Source of the DNA: a virus
Reading direction: 5' to 3' (one strand)
Virus record (IMG/VR): IMGVR_UViG_3300018080_005419
Length of the DNA stretch: 64,000 nucleotides
Below, piece after piece: positions 49,039 through 57,953 of the stretch; positions within the stretch are counted from its first letter, which is position 1, and each line of letters begins with the position of its first letter. The notes under the pieces were generated by a model. The model was not told the DNA's origin. It made no database searches and saw only the letters and a program-made list of their open reading frames with translations. Both the position numbers and the translations under genes were made by a program.

Positions 49039-50892
49039 TTAATTTTCTCTTAACAATTCGATAAATGTAGTCTTATCTAGTGCTTCAGGAGACAGATCAA
49101 CAAAGTCTTTTTCAGGCTTTTCATGAACTACAATTGCTTCAGCTTTTTTAAGAACATCATTAAGTTCCAGAGAATTGATCAAACTAGAAACAAAGTATTG
49201 TCTCATTCTCTCAGCATTAACATTGAAAGAAAAACTTATAGCGTTTCCAAGAATAACATTAGCAAAATAAACTCTATTTTCGTCCTCTACATTAGTTACA
49301 AGTCCTAATACATTCTGTCTTTGTTCTATAAGAATGTTAGTAGAAGCAATAATGTTATTCGGATCGACCATGTAATTATTGCCAAACCTCTTTATCTGTT
49401 CTTGAGCAACGATAATTTTAGTAGGAACAGGACTATTTTCATCATGATTATAATAATTCAATGCTAAGATTTTCGACGTTACTTTCCCCTTTTTAACATA
49501 GAATAATTCACTTGCCCCTTTTGGCTTTGGAGCATCAGTTACATCACCAGAAAATAGAATCTCGCAATCAGAAGATCTATAACTTCCATCCCAACCAATT
49601 TTTCCACCAGCATCAGATATAGACAAATCCAGATCTATTCTTCTATCTGTATTTGTCCAATGAACTCCAACAATCAGATCTTCAGGTACAGACACATAAG
49701 TACCTGTTGGAAGACTGCCGGTAAATTGTTTTTCTGTTGCTGGCATTGCATAATGAACCATTTTAGGAATATAAATCGTCTTACCTTCAACATTCTTTTT
49801 AATATTTTCCGCAATAGAAGAAACAACTGCATCTAAAGCCTCATTGGTTGCAGAAGTCTCGGTCCATGCAAAATCAGCAGACCATCCACGACCATTGCGA
49901 ACACGGTATACAATTGCCTCAGGTGAATTCAATCTAAAATTAAGAGCATATGCTAAACGCACCTTTCTGAAAATAGAAGCATTGCTAAGCTTTTTATTTA
50001 AGGTCTTCATATCAAGATCTTTATTCTTAATATGAGAAGTCACACTGTTTAAATAATCCTCAGGCATTGGTTTGTGCATCTTGTTAGCTTGTTTTCTCAG
50101 ACGATTAAAGAAGGTCTTATTGCGACTAATAGACTTCAAAGCCAAGAAAATGGGTTTAAATCTAAAGAAAATAGACGCTAAATCTTCGGGAGCATTTTTC
50201 AATAACTCATCCAAGAATTTTCCATTTGAAATCTTGATTTTGTTAATTAATTCGTTGTTTTTAATCAAAAGAGAAGTATCTGTCAATTTGCTGATAACAT
50301 AACGAAGATATTCAACAGGATCAGAAGGACAAATACCATAGAAGTCATAGAGACGAGCCTTTAATTCTCTATTTTTAATCTTTTCAACAAAGGCACTATC
50401 AAACTTGCTCTGTTCAACAATTGTCATAATATCGTTGAGAGATTCTTCTGATAAAGCAATCCCACAACCCAACTTCACAATTGCCTCAAGAACTTCCTCA
50501 GAGGTCATAGCTTTTACTACAACAAGAGGAATTCTTTCAGCTTCTGGAAATTCTAGAACTTCACGGGGAATGTATACGGAATCCTCGCTATATATACCCA
50601 TTGCTTCAAATCCATAGGTAGTAATATAGTGAAGAATTTGCTGCATAACCAATTGGAGTTCTGAAGATTCTTTAACAATCTTCCAAGACTTATGAAAGGC
50701 AGCATTGGCCTTTTCACCAGAAATGCCGACTACTGTTTCTATCAAATCTAAAAGTTCAGTATCAGGGCGAATTGCTGGTTGAAGAATATAACCATTCTTG
50801 ATAGTGCGTTCAAGAATGTCATCAGAGATTTTCTTCTTTCTTTTGTTCTCCACCAATACAGCATTAAATAGTTTCAGCAATTCGGTCTTCAT
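49039..50892 (-). CDS. Large helical protein with C-terminal TerD-like domain
   Basis: C-terminal VGVHW..DLDLS..GWDG.YR..LFSGDVTDAP..GASELF; AGGAG RBS. Confidence 0.65.
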   Translation of the reverse strand: MKTELLKLFNAVLVENKRKKKISDDILERTIKNGYILQPAIRPDTELLDLIETVVGISGEKANAAFHKSWKIVKESSELQLVMQQILHYITTYGFEAMGIYSEDSVYIPREVLEFPEAERIPLVVVKAMTSEEVLEAIVKLGCGIALSEESLNDIMTIVEQSKFDSAFVEKIKNRELKARLYDFYGICPSDPVEYLRYVISKLTDTSLLIKNNELINKIKISNGKFLDELLKNAPEDLASIFFRFKPIFLALKSISRNKTFFNRLRKQANKMHKPMPEDYLNSVTSHIKNKDLDMKTLNKKLSNASIFRKVRLAYALNFRLNSPEAIVYRVRNGRGWSADFAWTETSATNEALDAVVSSIAENIKKNVEGKTIYIPKMVHYAMPATEKQFTGSLPTGTYVSVPEDLIVGVHWTNTDRRIDLDLSISDAGGKIGWDGSYRSSDCEILFSGDVTDAPKPKGASELFYVKKGKVTSKILALNYYNHDENSPVPTKIIVAQEQIKRFGNNYMVDPNNIIASTNILIEQRQNVLGLVTNVEDENRVYFANVILGNAISFSFNVNAERMRQYFVSSLINSLELNDVLKKAEAIVVHEKPEKDFVDLSPEALDKTTFIELLREN

Positions 50893-50907
50893 ACTTTTCT
50901 CCTAAAA

Positions 50908-51104
50908 ATGGGCGAGAGGTATTCTGGCGATTTGGAATCGAATTTAAGGAACCTCATTTGCCCATCAAATATAAAGAAGGCGAGGAGTAATTCTTTCTCC
51001 AATAGAAAATATTAAGGAACTCCCTTTGCCTTCAAAAATTAATAAAAAGGGGCGAGAGGTAATCGATTTACAGTCGTTTGAAAAAAGGAACCTCTTGTGC
51101 CCCT
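50908..51104 (-). repeat. Three tandem ~58-nt structured repeats (50908-50965, 50976-51033, 51048-51104); candidate ncRNA array
   Basis: Covarying outer stems (ATGGGC/GCCCAT, GAAGGC/GCCTTC, AGGGGC/GCCCCT) and inner stems (GAGGT/ACCTC, GGAGT/ACTCC); invariant TCCTT and TC bulge; variable loop. Confidence 0.85.
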
Positions 51105-51357
51105 AATCATACATTTTAGTATACAGAAAATAGCATTACTTTTCTGGCGCTTAATTAAATTGTTTTTTGACTCTACTTGAAACACCGACCAAAGCATTTT
51201 CAAGCGTATGGGATATTATACGCTCTTTGTAATTAATGCAAGTATTTTTCCTAATTTTTGTTTTTTAGACGAATTAAATTATTAAATTGAGCAAATTTCG
51301 ACCTATTGCATTTAATATACAACTATTGAAATATAAAATACTTATAAATTAAATATA

Positions 51358-51483
51358 TCACTTATCATCATACGTAACAGGAGGTGGTGGAATTATTTTA
51401 TTTTCTCCAGGATAAGGACCACCATTTCTTGCACAACCAGATAAAATAACCAACATGCCAATAATCAAAATAGCTTTTTTCAT
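51358..51483 (-). CDS. Small Pro-rich lipoprotein (41 aa)
   Basis: MKKAILIIGMLVILSGC lipobox, PPPP; GGAG RBS; not in ORF track. Confidence 0.6.
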   Translation of the reverse strand: MKKAILIIGMLVILSGCARNGGPYPGENKIIPPPPVTYDDK

Positions 51484-51496
51484 TGTTCTATTCTCC

Positions 51497-51964
51497 TTAG
51501 AAATTTACAAACCATGCGCTCTCAATTTCTTCTGGTGTCAAAGTAATAATTCCTGGTCTCCCACGAGCAACAAGCTGGGGTTCTACAAAAATAACTTCTC
51601 TGTTATCTCTATCTCCTACAATTGCGACATTAATAGCATGACCACCTCCCCCACCACCTTCTGCTCTAGCTTTTGCCATATAATAAACTACACCAAAAGA
51701 AAGTCCCTGAGCCGTTGATTGCTTTGTATTATAGTGAGCCCATTGCATATCAACAAACATAAGCCAAGCAAAATTATCACAATCATTATTTGGCTCCCAT
51801 TTATCGAGATTTTGATCCTTTAATTTTCGAGCCCACCACTTTGGAAAATCGTTTTGAATATAATCTCTACTAGGAACTCCATAGTCTTTATCGCATATGT
51901 GTAAAGAAGCTCTATACATTCCAACATCATTAATTAAAGTACCCAATTCTCTTGCGCTGATCAT
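51497..51964 (-). CDS. Papain-like/agglutinin C-terminal (MOA-related) domain protein
   Basis: DCDNFA and GHAINV..FVEPQ Cys-His pattern. Confidence 0.65.
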   Translation of the reverse strand: MISARELGTLINDVGMYRASLHICDKDYGVPSRDYIQNDFPKWWARKLKDQNLDKWEPNNDCDNFAWLMFVDMQWAHYNTKQSTAQGLSFGVVYYMAKARAEGGGGGGHAINVAIVGDRDNREVIFVEPQLVARGRPGIITLTPEEIESAWFVNF

Positions 51965-52071
51965 ACTAATCCTCCTTTTTAAAACAATACTTCAACACAA
52001 CTAAATACAAATAATGCAAAACAAATAAAACGATTCCAGGAGACAAAACATATGGAAACCAACTTTTGTAA

Positions 52072-52263
52072 TCAATCACTTCTATCAACCTTCTTGTAAC
52101 AATTCGTACATAAAATTTGATGAGATATTAAATATTCTCCATTTCCACAGTCAACTTTCCTAACTACCAAAGCACCATCATAAGGTGGCTCTGGAACGCA
52201 CTTACAAAGCATACAACGACTGCTTTTCATAGCCAATTCTATTTCATTATTTGTGAGGAACAA
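52072..52263 (-). CDS. Small Zn-finger hypothetical protein
   Basis: CMLC..CTNC. Confidence 0.5.
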   Translation of the reverse strand: MFLTNNEIELAMKSSRCMLCKCVPEPPYDGALVVRKVDCGNGEYLISHQILCTNCYKKVDRSD

Positions 52264-52819
52264 TTTCTACTCTCCCCGATCCATTACATAAAACACAAAT
52301 ATAGGAATTCGGAGGCACACTTCTATCGTGTCCATCTTTCCCGCTACCATTACACCAAGGACATTTAATTACAATATCTTCCGTATCTATAGTTGTATCT
52401 TTTAATTCTAAAGCATCGGCAATATCAGAAATTAAACGCATCCAATTTTTATGATCTTCTCGTAATGTCTCTATGTCATCAGTTTTGCATTCTATTTCTT
52501 TTTCTTCTTCCAATTCTTTTTGTACTTTGACTTGCTCTACTCCAAAACATTTTTTTAGTACTGAATAAAACCACTCTTTATCTTCTTCTGTCAATTCTTC
52601 AGATTCATCATAACCAGCATCAAGTCTAATTCCTGAATGTATAAAATTACGCTTATATCCCCAAATTTGTAATCCTATAATTTTTCCACTATTATCAAAT
52701 GGATGAGTAACAGTTAAAATAGGATTAACCCATTCGGAAAAACCACCTTCCTCTTCCCATTTAACTTCAAGTATATCTCCTAGCTCGTTATACCATACAA
52801 TTGGCTTAAACTTTTCCAT
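52247..52819 (-). CDS. Hypothetical protein with C-terminal DnaJ-type Zn finger
   Basis: CPWCNGSG..CVLCNGSG. Confidence 0.65.
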   Translation of the reverse strand: MEKFKPIVWYNELGDILEVKWEEEGGFSEWVNPILTVTHPFDNSGKIIGLQIWGYKRNFIHSGIRLDAGYDESEELTEEDKEWFYSVLKKCFGVEQVKVQKELEEEKEIECKTDDIETLREDHKNWMRLISDIADALELKDTTIDTEDIVIKCPWCNGSGKDGHDRSVPPNSYICVLCNGSGRVEIVPHK

Positions 52820-52843
52820 TGCTAATATTCTTCTTTTAAAATA

Positions 52844-53349
52844 ATAGGCTCTGGCGGATTTTTCTACTCTGAAAGTTCCTGAACTAATTCATTTGCTCTA
52901 GTCAATCCATTTGATAATTCGTTTATGATTATCTTTAATTGTTCAGCATCAGAAAGTCCATAACATCTTTTTGAAATATCATTATTATCTGGGATGCATT
53001 GAAGAGGATTATCTGCTCGATCAGCTTTATTTGCCTCCCACATTGCACTCCAATTACTTAAAATATTTAGGAATACTTGATCTCCAACTTCAACATCGGC
53101 AGCAATTCCAACATCAGAACCATAATCATATTGAGTAATTAATCCGTTATCATGCTCTAAACGAATGATGATATACTTAGTATCAGAACAATTCGTGCAA
53201 CCTTGATTTTCATCATTACAAGCACATTCTTTCAATTTTCCTTTTGCAACTACTACACCTTCATGCTTCTGTTCTGTGACACGTTTCATTGCTTCTTTGA
53301 TTCCTGCCATTGTTTTCTCCTTCTCCTGATAAGCTCCGCCAGAGCCTAT
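52844..53349. repeat. Perfect 15-bp inverted repeat flanking one gene
   Basis: ATAGGCTCTGGCGGA at 52844-52858; reverse complement at 53335-53349. Confidence 0.85.
52864..53310 (-). CDS. Hypothetical protein enclosed by the inverted repeat
   Basis: Double GGAG RBS; 148 aa. Confidence 0.7.
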   Translation of the reverse strand: MAGIKEAMKRVTEQKHEGVVVAKGKLKECACNDENQGCTNCSDTKYIIIRLEHDNGLITQYDYGSDVGIAADVEVGDQVFLNILSNWSAMWEANKADRADNPLQCIPDNNDISKRCYGLSDAEQLKIIINELSNGLTRANELVQELSE

Positions 53350-53370
53350 ATAAGGATTTTTTTTGGCAAC

Positions 53371-53598
53371 TTATTTATTTACCGCACCATAATTTGGCAA
53401 CGCTCCTTCTGGCATTTGCTGAACTCCAATTAACGCTCTTAAAATTGACTCTTTGTAGATTCTTTGTTTCATTGGATCCATCATAAGACTAGCAATATGT
53501 GTTCTTAGCTCTGGTTCTCCTAAAGTATTATCTCTAGTATTATATCCCATCTGTTTGCGATAATTACGCATCCATCTTCCCATTATTCTATTTTTCAT
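53371..53598 (-). CDS. Hypothetical protein
   Basis: 75-aa ORF overlapping the GT stop. Confidence 0.55.
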   Translation of the reverse strand: MKNRIMGRWMRNYRKQMGYNTRDNTLGEPELRTHIASLMMDPMKQRIYKESILRALIGVQQMPEGALPNYGAVNK

Positions 53599-54334
53599 TC
53601 AAAACTCCCCATTCTTTTCCTTTATTTCTAACAATAATTCCTTTTCTACTTAAATACAATTGACGATTATGTTCATGTAAAGGTCTGGTTCTTCCTGGTC
53701 TGCTGCTTCTTGAATGATATAAATGAACACATTGAGCATCTGTTTGAACATAATGACAATTCAAATCCAATAACCTATCTACAAAATCCCGATCATCAAA
53801 AGCCATTCCTATAAAATCTTCGTCATATCCCCTAATTTTTTCATAATGTGATCGATGCATGGAAAATAAAAATGGAAGTTTCACATTTAAATTTCCTAAT
53901 TTATTATAGATTTCTATTAAATTATTACCACTAGATTCTAACGCATTTAAAAATAATTTATTATCATCTTTTCCTTGAGGTATTCCCAAAGCCAATTTAT
54001 CATCTAAAACCGGATCTATAAGTTTATTTAGTACATTTCCAATATGATAAATTTCTGCACAAGATAAAATAATAATATCACCAGAAGATCGCTTAAATCC
54101 TATGTTAAAAGCAAAACCAGGAACTCTCCATTTTTCTCCATCTAAATTTCTGTGACCTGTAAATATATACTTACAACCATATTCTTTTGCAATTTGTTCT
54201 GTTTGATCATGAGTACCATCATTTATAACAATTACCTCAAGATCATGTTTTAATTTTTGTTTCTTTATTGTTGGAAGAGTGTGTTTGAGAAGATGATCCC
54301 TTTTAAATGTTGTAATGAGCAAACTAATTAACAT
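53588..54334 (-). CDS. GT2-family glycosyltransferase
   Basis: LITTFKR, VINDGT, FNIG, GYDEDF.G.AFDDRDF, HLYH; start trimmed to exclude the tRNA. Confidence 0.85.
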   Translation of the reverse strand: MLISLLITTFKRDHLLKHTLPTIKKQKLKHDLEVIVINDGTHDQTEQIAKEYGCKYIFTGHRNLDGEKWRVPGFAFNIGFKRSSGDIIILSCAEIYHIGNVLNKLIDPVLDDKLALGIPQGKDDNKLFLNALESSGNNLIEIYNKLGNLNVKLPFLFSMHRSHYEKIRGYDEDFIGMAFDDRDFVDRLLDLNCHYVQTDAQCVHLYHSRSSRPGRTRPLHEHNRQLYLSRKGIIVRNKGKEWGVLNEK

Positions 54335-54363
54335 AATTTTAAATCTTTCTGACGAACTATTTT

Positions 54364-54449
54364 TGGTAGCCAAGGTGGGATTCGAACCCACATGGGATTT
54401 CTCCCACTTGTTCTTGAGACAAGCGCGTATCCCGTTCCGCCACTTGGCC
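54364..54449 (-). tRNA. tRNA-Leu(CAA)
   Basis: CTTGT-CTCAAGA-ACAAG; long variable arm; CCA. Confidence 0.95.
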
Positions 54450-54459
54450 TAAAATCATT

Positions 54460-54972
54460 CTAAGTCATAATCCATCTTTGCCATGTCTTATGTGTACGAA
54501 GATCAATAGCAGTAATAATCATAACATCACGCTGAGGAATAAATGGACGACAACGAAGCTTCATACCAGCTTCCTCAGGTGTTCTGTTATCCTTTGCACA
54601 ATTGCACTTTCTACACGCAGCTACAACATTTCCCCACTTATGCTTTCCTCCACGACTAGTAGGAAAAACATGATCTATTGTACCGCTCTTAGAAGTCAAA
54701 CGAGTACCACAATATTGACATTCGAAACTATCACGACGAAGCACATTTTCCTTGCTAATCGAAATACTTTTAAAAGGCACACGAACATAAGTTATTAGAA
54801 TCAAAACAGTAGGAAGCTTAAAAACAGCGCCACCTACCAATTTGATATCATGGTATTCATCGTGTCCAGATGGCTTTTTAGCTTTACCATTAACCATCTG
54901 CATTACAGCTTCTTTCCAGGTAATAACATCGTGTACTTCATAACTTGCATTCAGCAATAACACACGCTTCAT
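54460..54972 (-). CDS. HNH endonuclease (McrA/HNH_5 type)
   Basis: VLLLNASYE, NVLRRD..CQYCG, TIDHV.P.SRGG..W.NVVAAC..CN..K. Confidence 0.9.
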   Translation of the reverse strand: MKRVLLLNASYEVHDVITWKEAVMQMVNGKAKKPSGHDEYHDIKLVGGAVFKLPTVLILITYVRVPFKSISISKENVLRRDSFECQYCGTRLTSKSGTIDHVFPTSRGGKHKWGNVVAACRKCNCAKDNRTPEEAGMKLRCRPFIPQRDVMIITAIDLRTHKTWQRWIMT

Positions 54973-55042
54973 TTTATCATCCTCCGTTCATATTTCTCCT
55001 TTATAATTTAGCGTATTTATTTAATTTTTTCAAGTATTAAAT

Positions 55043-55116
55043 TGGCAGGAGCGGAGAGAATCGAACTCCCAGCTAAAGGTTTGGAGCCTTTCATGTTGCC
55101 ATTACACCACGCTCCT
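55043..55116 (-). tRNA. tRNA-Trp(CCA)
   Basis: AAAGG-CTCCAAA-CCTTT; G73; CCA. Confidence 0.95.
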
Positions 55117-55143
55117 TTTTATATTTTAATTCCTTTGCTTTTG

Positions 55144-55935
55144 TTAATCTACGTGCTTCTTTTTGGCAATAATCTCATCTAAAATTTTTAAATCGCTTAA
55201 ATATGCTTTATCGAAATAAGGTAATAACTCACCCCAAGAATCTGTTTTAGATAACACCAAATACGCATTTGCTCTTGCCTTATTTACGCCCCAATGCATA
55301 GCAGAATTGCCAGGACGACGATTGGGACTTAAATGAATACCATGTACAGGTCTTTCTCTATTGGGCGTAATTTTTCCGAAATAATACGTTACGATTCTAC
55401 ATATAAGTTCTTCGTCACTCATTTTGCCATATTGTCGAAAATATTCTTGCCCAATCCATTCAATATCAATTTTATCAAAATATCTCTTTGTGTCTACGCA
55501 ATGCAATCCTGTCATTCTTCCTGTGCGCCTGAGCATATTACTATAAGGAAGACGAGTTTCTTTCATAATACGACGATGAATATCTCCAAGCGATTCTTTT
55601 GTATCTCTTAAAATTAGAATATCAATATCTCCAATATAAGTTAACGGTTGTCTTGTTTTTGGAGCAACCACCCATCGCAAAGAATTAAAAATCGGGCTAA
55701 CTTTTGATTGCGGCCTTAAAAATTTTGCAGGAATTTGACGTAATGCCCATCTACTACCAAAATGATTCCTTGCAATTGAAATTAAAGGTTTGTGAGTCTT
55801 TTCAAATTGAATCTTATCATCTAAATAAATTTCCATTGTCGATTGTTTATATGTCTCTAAAGCAGCAGCAATATAAGGAATAACAAATCGATAATATTTC
55901 TGATTTGATACTGTTAAAAAGTGAACATTGTTCAA
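55144..55935 (-). CDS. Putative glycosyltransferase-like protein
   Basis: YIGDIDILI DxD motif. Confidence 0.5.
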   Translation of the reverse strand: MNNVHFLTVSNQKYYRFVIPYIAAALETYKQSTMEIYLDDKIQFEKTHKPLISIARNHFGSRWALRQIPAKFLRPQSKVSPIFNSLRWVVAPKTRQPLTYIGDIDILILRDTKESLGDIHRRIMKETRLPYSNMLRRTGRMTGLHCVDTKRYFDKIDIEWIGQEYFRQYGKMSDEELICRIVTYYFGKITPNRERPVHGIHLSPNRRPGNSAMHWGVNKARANAYLVLSKTDSWGELLPYFDKAYLSDLKILDEIIAKKKHVD

Positions 55936-55947
55936 TTTAACATCCTT

Positions 55948-56631
55948 TCAGATTTTTTGATAGCCTAGCTTTTCAAATACAACATCAGATATGTTATCAT
56001 TTACAATTTGTATTTGTGTTGAAGTTAAATCAAATGTTTGCATGTTTAAATATTTTTTTCTTTGTTCTTCAGTAAACACATTTGATTGACCGACTTTTTT
56101 CACATTACGCCAACTTGTTGTTGCCTTATTTAATCCGAAATTTCTTTCTATTTTTTGTAATGCTCCCTTGAATCCATTTATTTTGATTAGATGCTCATAT
56201 TGAATTCTAATTATTAAAGGAAGTTCTCTCTTTGGAGATATAAACCAATTTAGAAAGAATTCATTATATAGGCGACACAAATTTTGCAAACTAAAATTTG
56301 AAACTTCACCGAGAACATTTTTTGACGTTATAATTTCATCACCAGTTAATCCATTAATATTACAAATTTCAAATTCTAAATGTCTTCCTCCCATATCTAC
56401 ACAATTTCTTTGTATACTTTCAATCCATGAATACGGATTTTTACTAATCAAAATATGGAAAAAATTGTCTTCGAAGTTGAAAATATTAGGATTCACAGAG
56501 TGCTTCCAAAAATATCCTCTTTTGACATGATTCTTTATTGTTACATTTTTAAAATTAACTCTTAAAAGTTGTTCTAAATATTCTGTTCCACTTCGTTGCA
56601 GCCCTATCACAATTCCGGAAAATTCATTCAT
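55948..56631 (-). CDS. Sulfotransferase-like protein
   Basis: GLQRSGTEYL 5'-PSB-like motif; KNPYSWI.S; IQYEHL. Confidence 0.7.
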   Translation of the reverse strand: MNEFSGIVIGLQRSGTEYLEQLLRVNFKNVTIKNHVKRGYFWKHSVNPNIFNFEDNFFHILISKNPYSWIESIQRNCVDMGGRHLEFEICNINGLTGDEIITSKNVLGEVSNFSLQNLCRLYNEFFLNWFISPKRELPLIIRIQYEHLIKINGFKGALQKIERNFGLNKATTSWRNVKKVGQSNVFTEEQRKKYLNMQTFDLTSTQIQIVNDNISDVVFEKLGYQKI

Positions 56632-56749
56632 TTTATCTCTCTAAAATTCAAATCAAACGACTTACCATTATAATACTTTCTTAGCTATAAAAACCAATTT
56701 ATCTAAAAATTATAAATAACATCCTATACACCACGATCCTTTCTATATT

Positions 56750-56965
56750 TTAACAAGAATTAACTACTTTGTTAGCCAACGCATTAAGAGCAGCACTGAG
56801 ACAAATACTTGGATCACCGCCCCAAAAAGAAAATAATTGTTCATCTGTCACTACAACTCCACATCCTTTACATTTATTAACTGAATCTGCCGATGGAATT
56901 TTTGAAGTTACACATTTGTATATGTATAATTCTGGGTTATATTCCCATCGATGTGAAATGTACAT
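56750..56965 (-). CDS. Hypothetical protein
   Basis: 71-aa ORF with RBS directly after the tRNA fragment. Confidence 0.5.
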   Translation of the reverse strand: MYISHRWEYNPELYIYKCVTSKIPSADSVNKCKGCGVVVTDEQLFSFWGGDPSICLSAALNALANKVVNSC

Positions 56966-56980
56966 ATTAGTCCTTCCTCT

Positions 56981-57012
56981 AAATGCGCTCTCCCAAATTG
57001 AGCTATACCCAG
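56981..57012 (-). pseudogene. tRNA 5'-half fragment (Pro-like C1 start)
   Basis: CTGGGTA-TA-GCTC-AATTTGGGA-GAGC-GC, then no anticodon or T arm. Confidence 0.65.
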
Positions 57013-57019
57013 TTAAATT

Positions 57020-57238
57020 TTAGGGATAAATAATATTTCCCTGTTCTTCTTGCTTTTTAACATCTCTCCACGAATACCAAATACTGCTATATTTCCAAGA
57101 AGCCTCAACAGTATAATTTCCCCCACATTTAAGTTTCTTATAATACACATCTTTTTCTGCTTTTTTATATCCTTCTTCAAATGCTTCTTTTATTAATTCA
57201 GAAGCAAATTTAGCATATTGCGGCCCTCTTGCTCCCAT
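57020..57238 (-). CDS. Hypothetical protein
   Basis: GGAG RBS, MGARGPQY; ORF-track extension into the tRNA removed. Confidence 0.6.
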   Translation of the reverse strand: MGARGPQYAKFASELIKEAFEEGYKKAEKDVYYKKLKCGGNYTVEASWKYSSIWYSWRDVKKQEEQGNIIYP

Positions 57239-57257
57239 AATCAACTCCTTTAAATTT

Positions 57258-57380
57258 TGGCGGAGAGGACAGGAATTGAACCTGCACATCCGGATCCTAT
57301 AAGATTTAAAAGGAACCATTTTTGCCGGAAAGCGAATGGTAGATCAATTCCGGCGCTCTAACCATTTAAGCTACCTCTCC
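57258..57380 (-). tRNA. tRNA of undetermined isotype with a 47-nt insertion in the anticodon loop
   Basis: GGAGAGG/CCTCTCC acceptor, G73-CCA, D and T arms normal; CCGGA/TCCGG stem closes a 54-nt loop. Confidence 0.75.
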
Positions 57381-57447
57381 AAAAAAACCATTTCGAATCC
57401 TTTTATTTTATTATATCTTTGATGTTCATTGAAATTATCATTAAATT

Positions 57448-57527
57448 TGGCGGGATGTACGGGAATTGAACCCGCGATTCCTTAGCCTTGACAGGGCTAC
57501 GTGCAGAAACCACTACACCAACATCCC
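57448..57527 (-). tRNA. tRNA-Asp(GUC)
   Basis: TAGCC-CTGTCAA-GGCTA; G73; 7-nt variable region. Confidence 0.92.
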
Positions 57528-57535
57528 ATATTTTT

Positions 57536-57625
57536 TGGTGAGGATGGAGAGATTTGAACTCTCATGGCCTTTTTGCGACCACCACATTCTGAGTGTGGCC
57601 CGTATACCAATTCTAGCACATCCCC
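57536..57625 (-). tRNA. tRNA-Leu(CAG)
   Basis: CCACA-CTCAGAA-TGTGG; long variable arm. Confidence 0.95.
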
Positions 57626-57627
57626 AA

Positions 57628-57864
57628 TTAGACGTTCAGCAAATGTAACATTGCTGAAAACGTCTTTAATAGATCTTCTTTGCGAACATGAGGACCACGA
57701 AAAACTTTGCCCTCTGAAACAATTGAAAGACGAATAGCTTCTTCTCCATCATAATCAACTACTTTTGTAGCTCTTAAATAAGGAGCAACTTCAATATACT
57801 CCTGATTACTTCCGTCACGATAAACCTTTGTTTCTTCAGAAATTGCATAACCTAATAAATCCAT
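57628..57864 (-). CDS. Hypothetical protein
   Basis: AAGGAG RBS; 78 aa. Confidence 0.65.
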   Translation of the reverse strand: MDLLGYAISEETKVYRDGSNQEYIEVAPYLRATKVVDYDGEEAIRLSIVSEGKVFRGPHVRKEDLLKTFSAMLHLLNV

Positions 57865-57953
57865 ATCGTTCTCCTTTGTAACCAGGACAATTCCCGGTTA
57901 TGACAAGAACGATTATGCGAAGAAAAAACCTCCATAAAAACAAGAAAAATTTT

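Noticed and set aside
50908-51104. CRISPR array or preQ1 riboswitch reading of the three repeats
   Set aside because: Conserved parts are the two arms of one hairpin with compensatory changes, not identical direct repeats; no cas genes; no preQ1 A-rich pseudoknot tail
51039-51110. 23-codon ORF (MIRGTRGSFFQTTVNRLPLAPFY) through the first hairpin as a third leader peptide
   Set aside because: No RBS, no codon bias and no antiterminator overlap visible
54460-54972. HNH protein as IscB partner for the IS relic RNA
   Set aside because: 170-aa stand-alone McrA-like HNH without RuvC or PLMP motifs; the relic peptide looks TnpB-like
57295-57348. Amber-suppressor (CTA) anticodon or BHB intron in the inserted tRNA
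   Set aside because: No single excision puts CTA at 34-36; canonical BHB pairing (N32 with intron -3) is A-A
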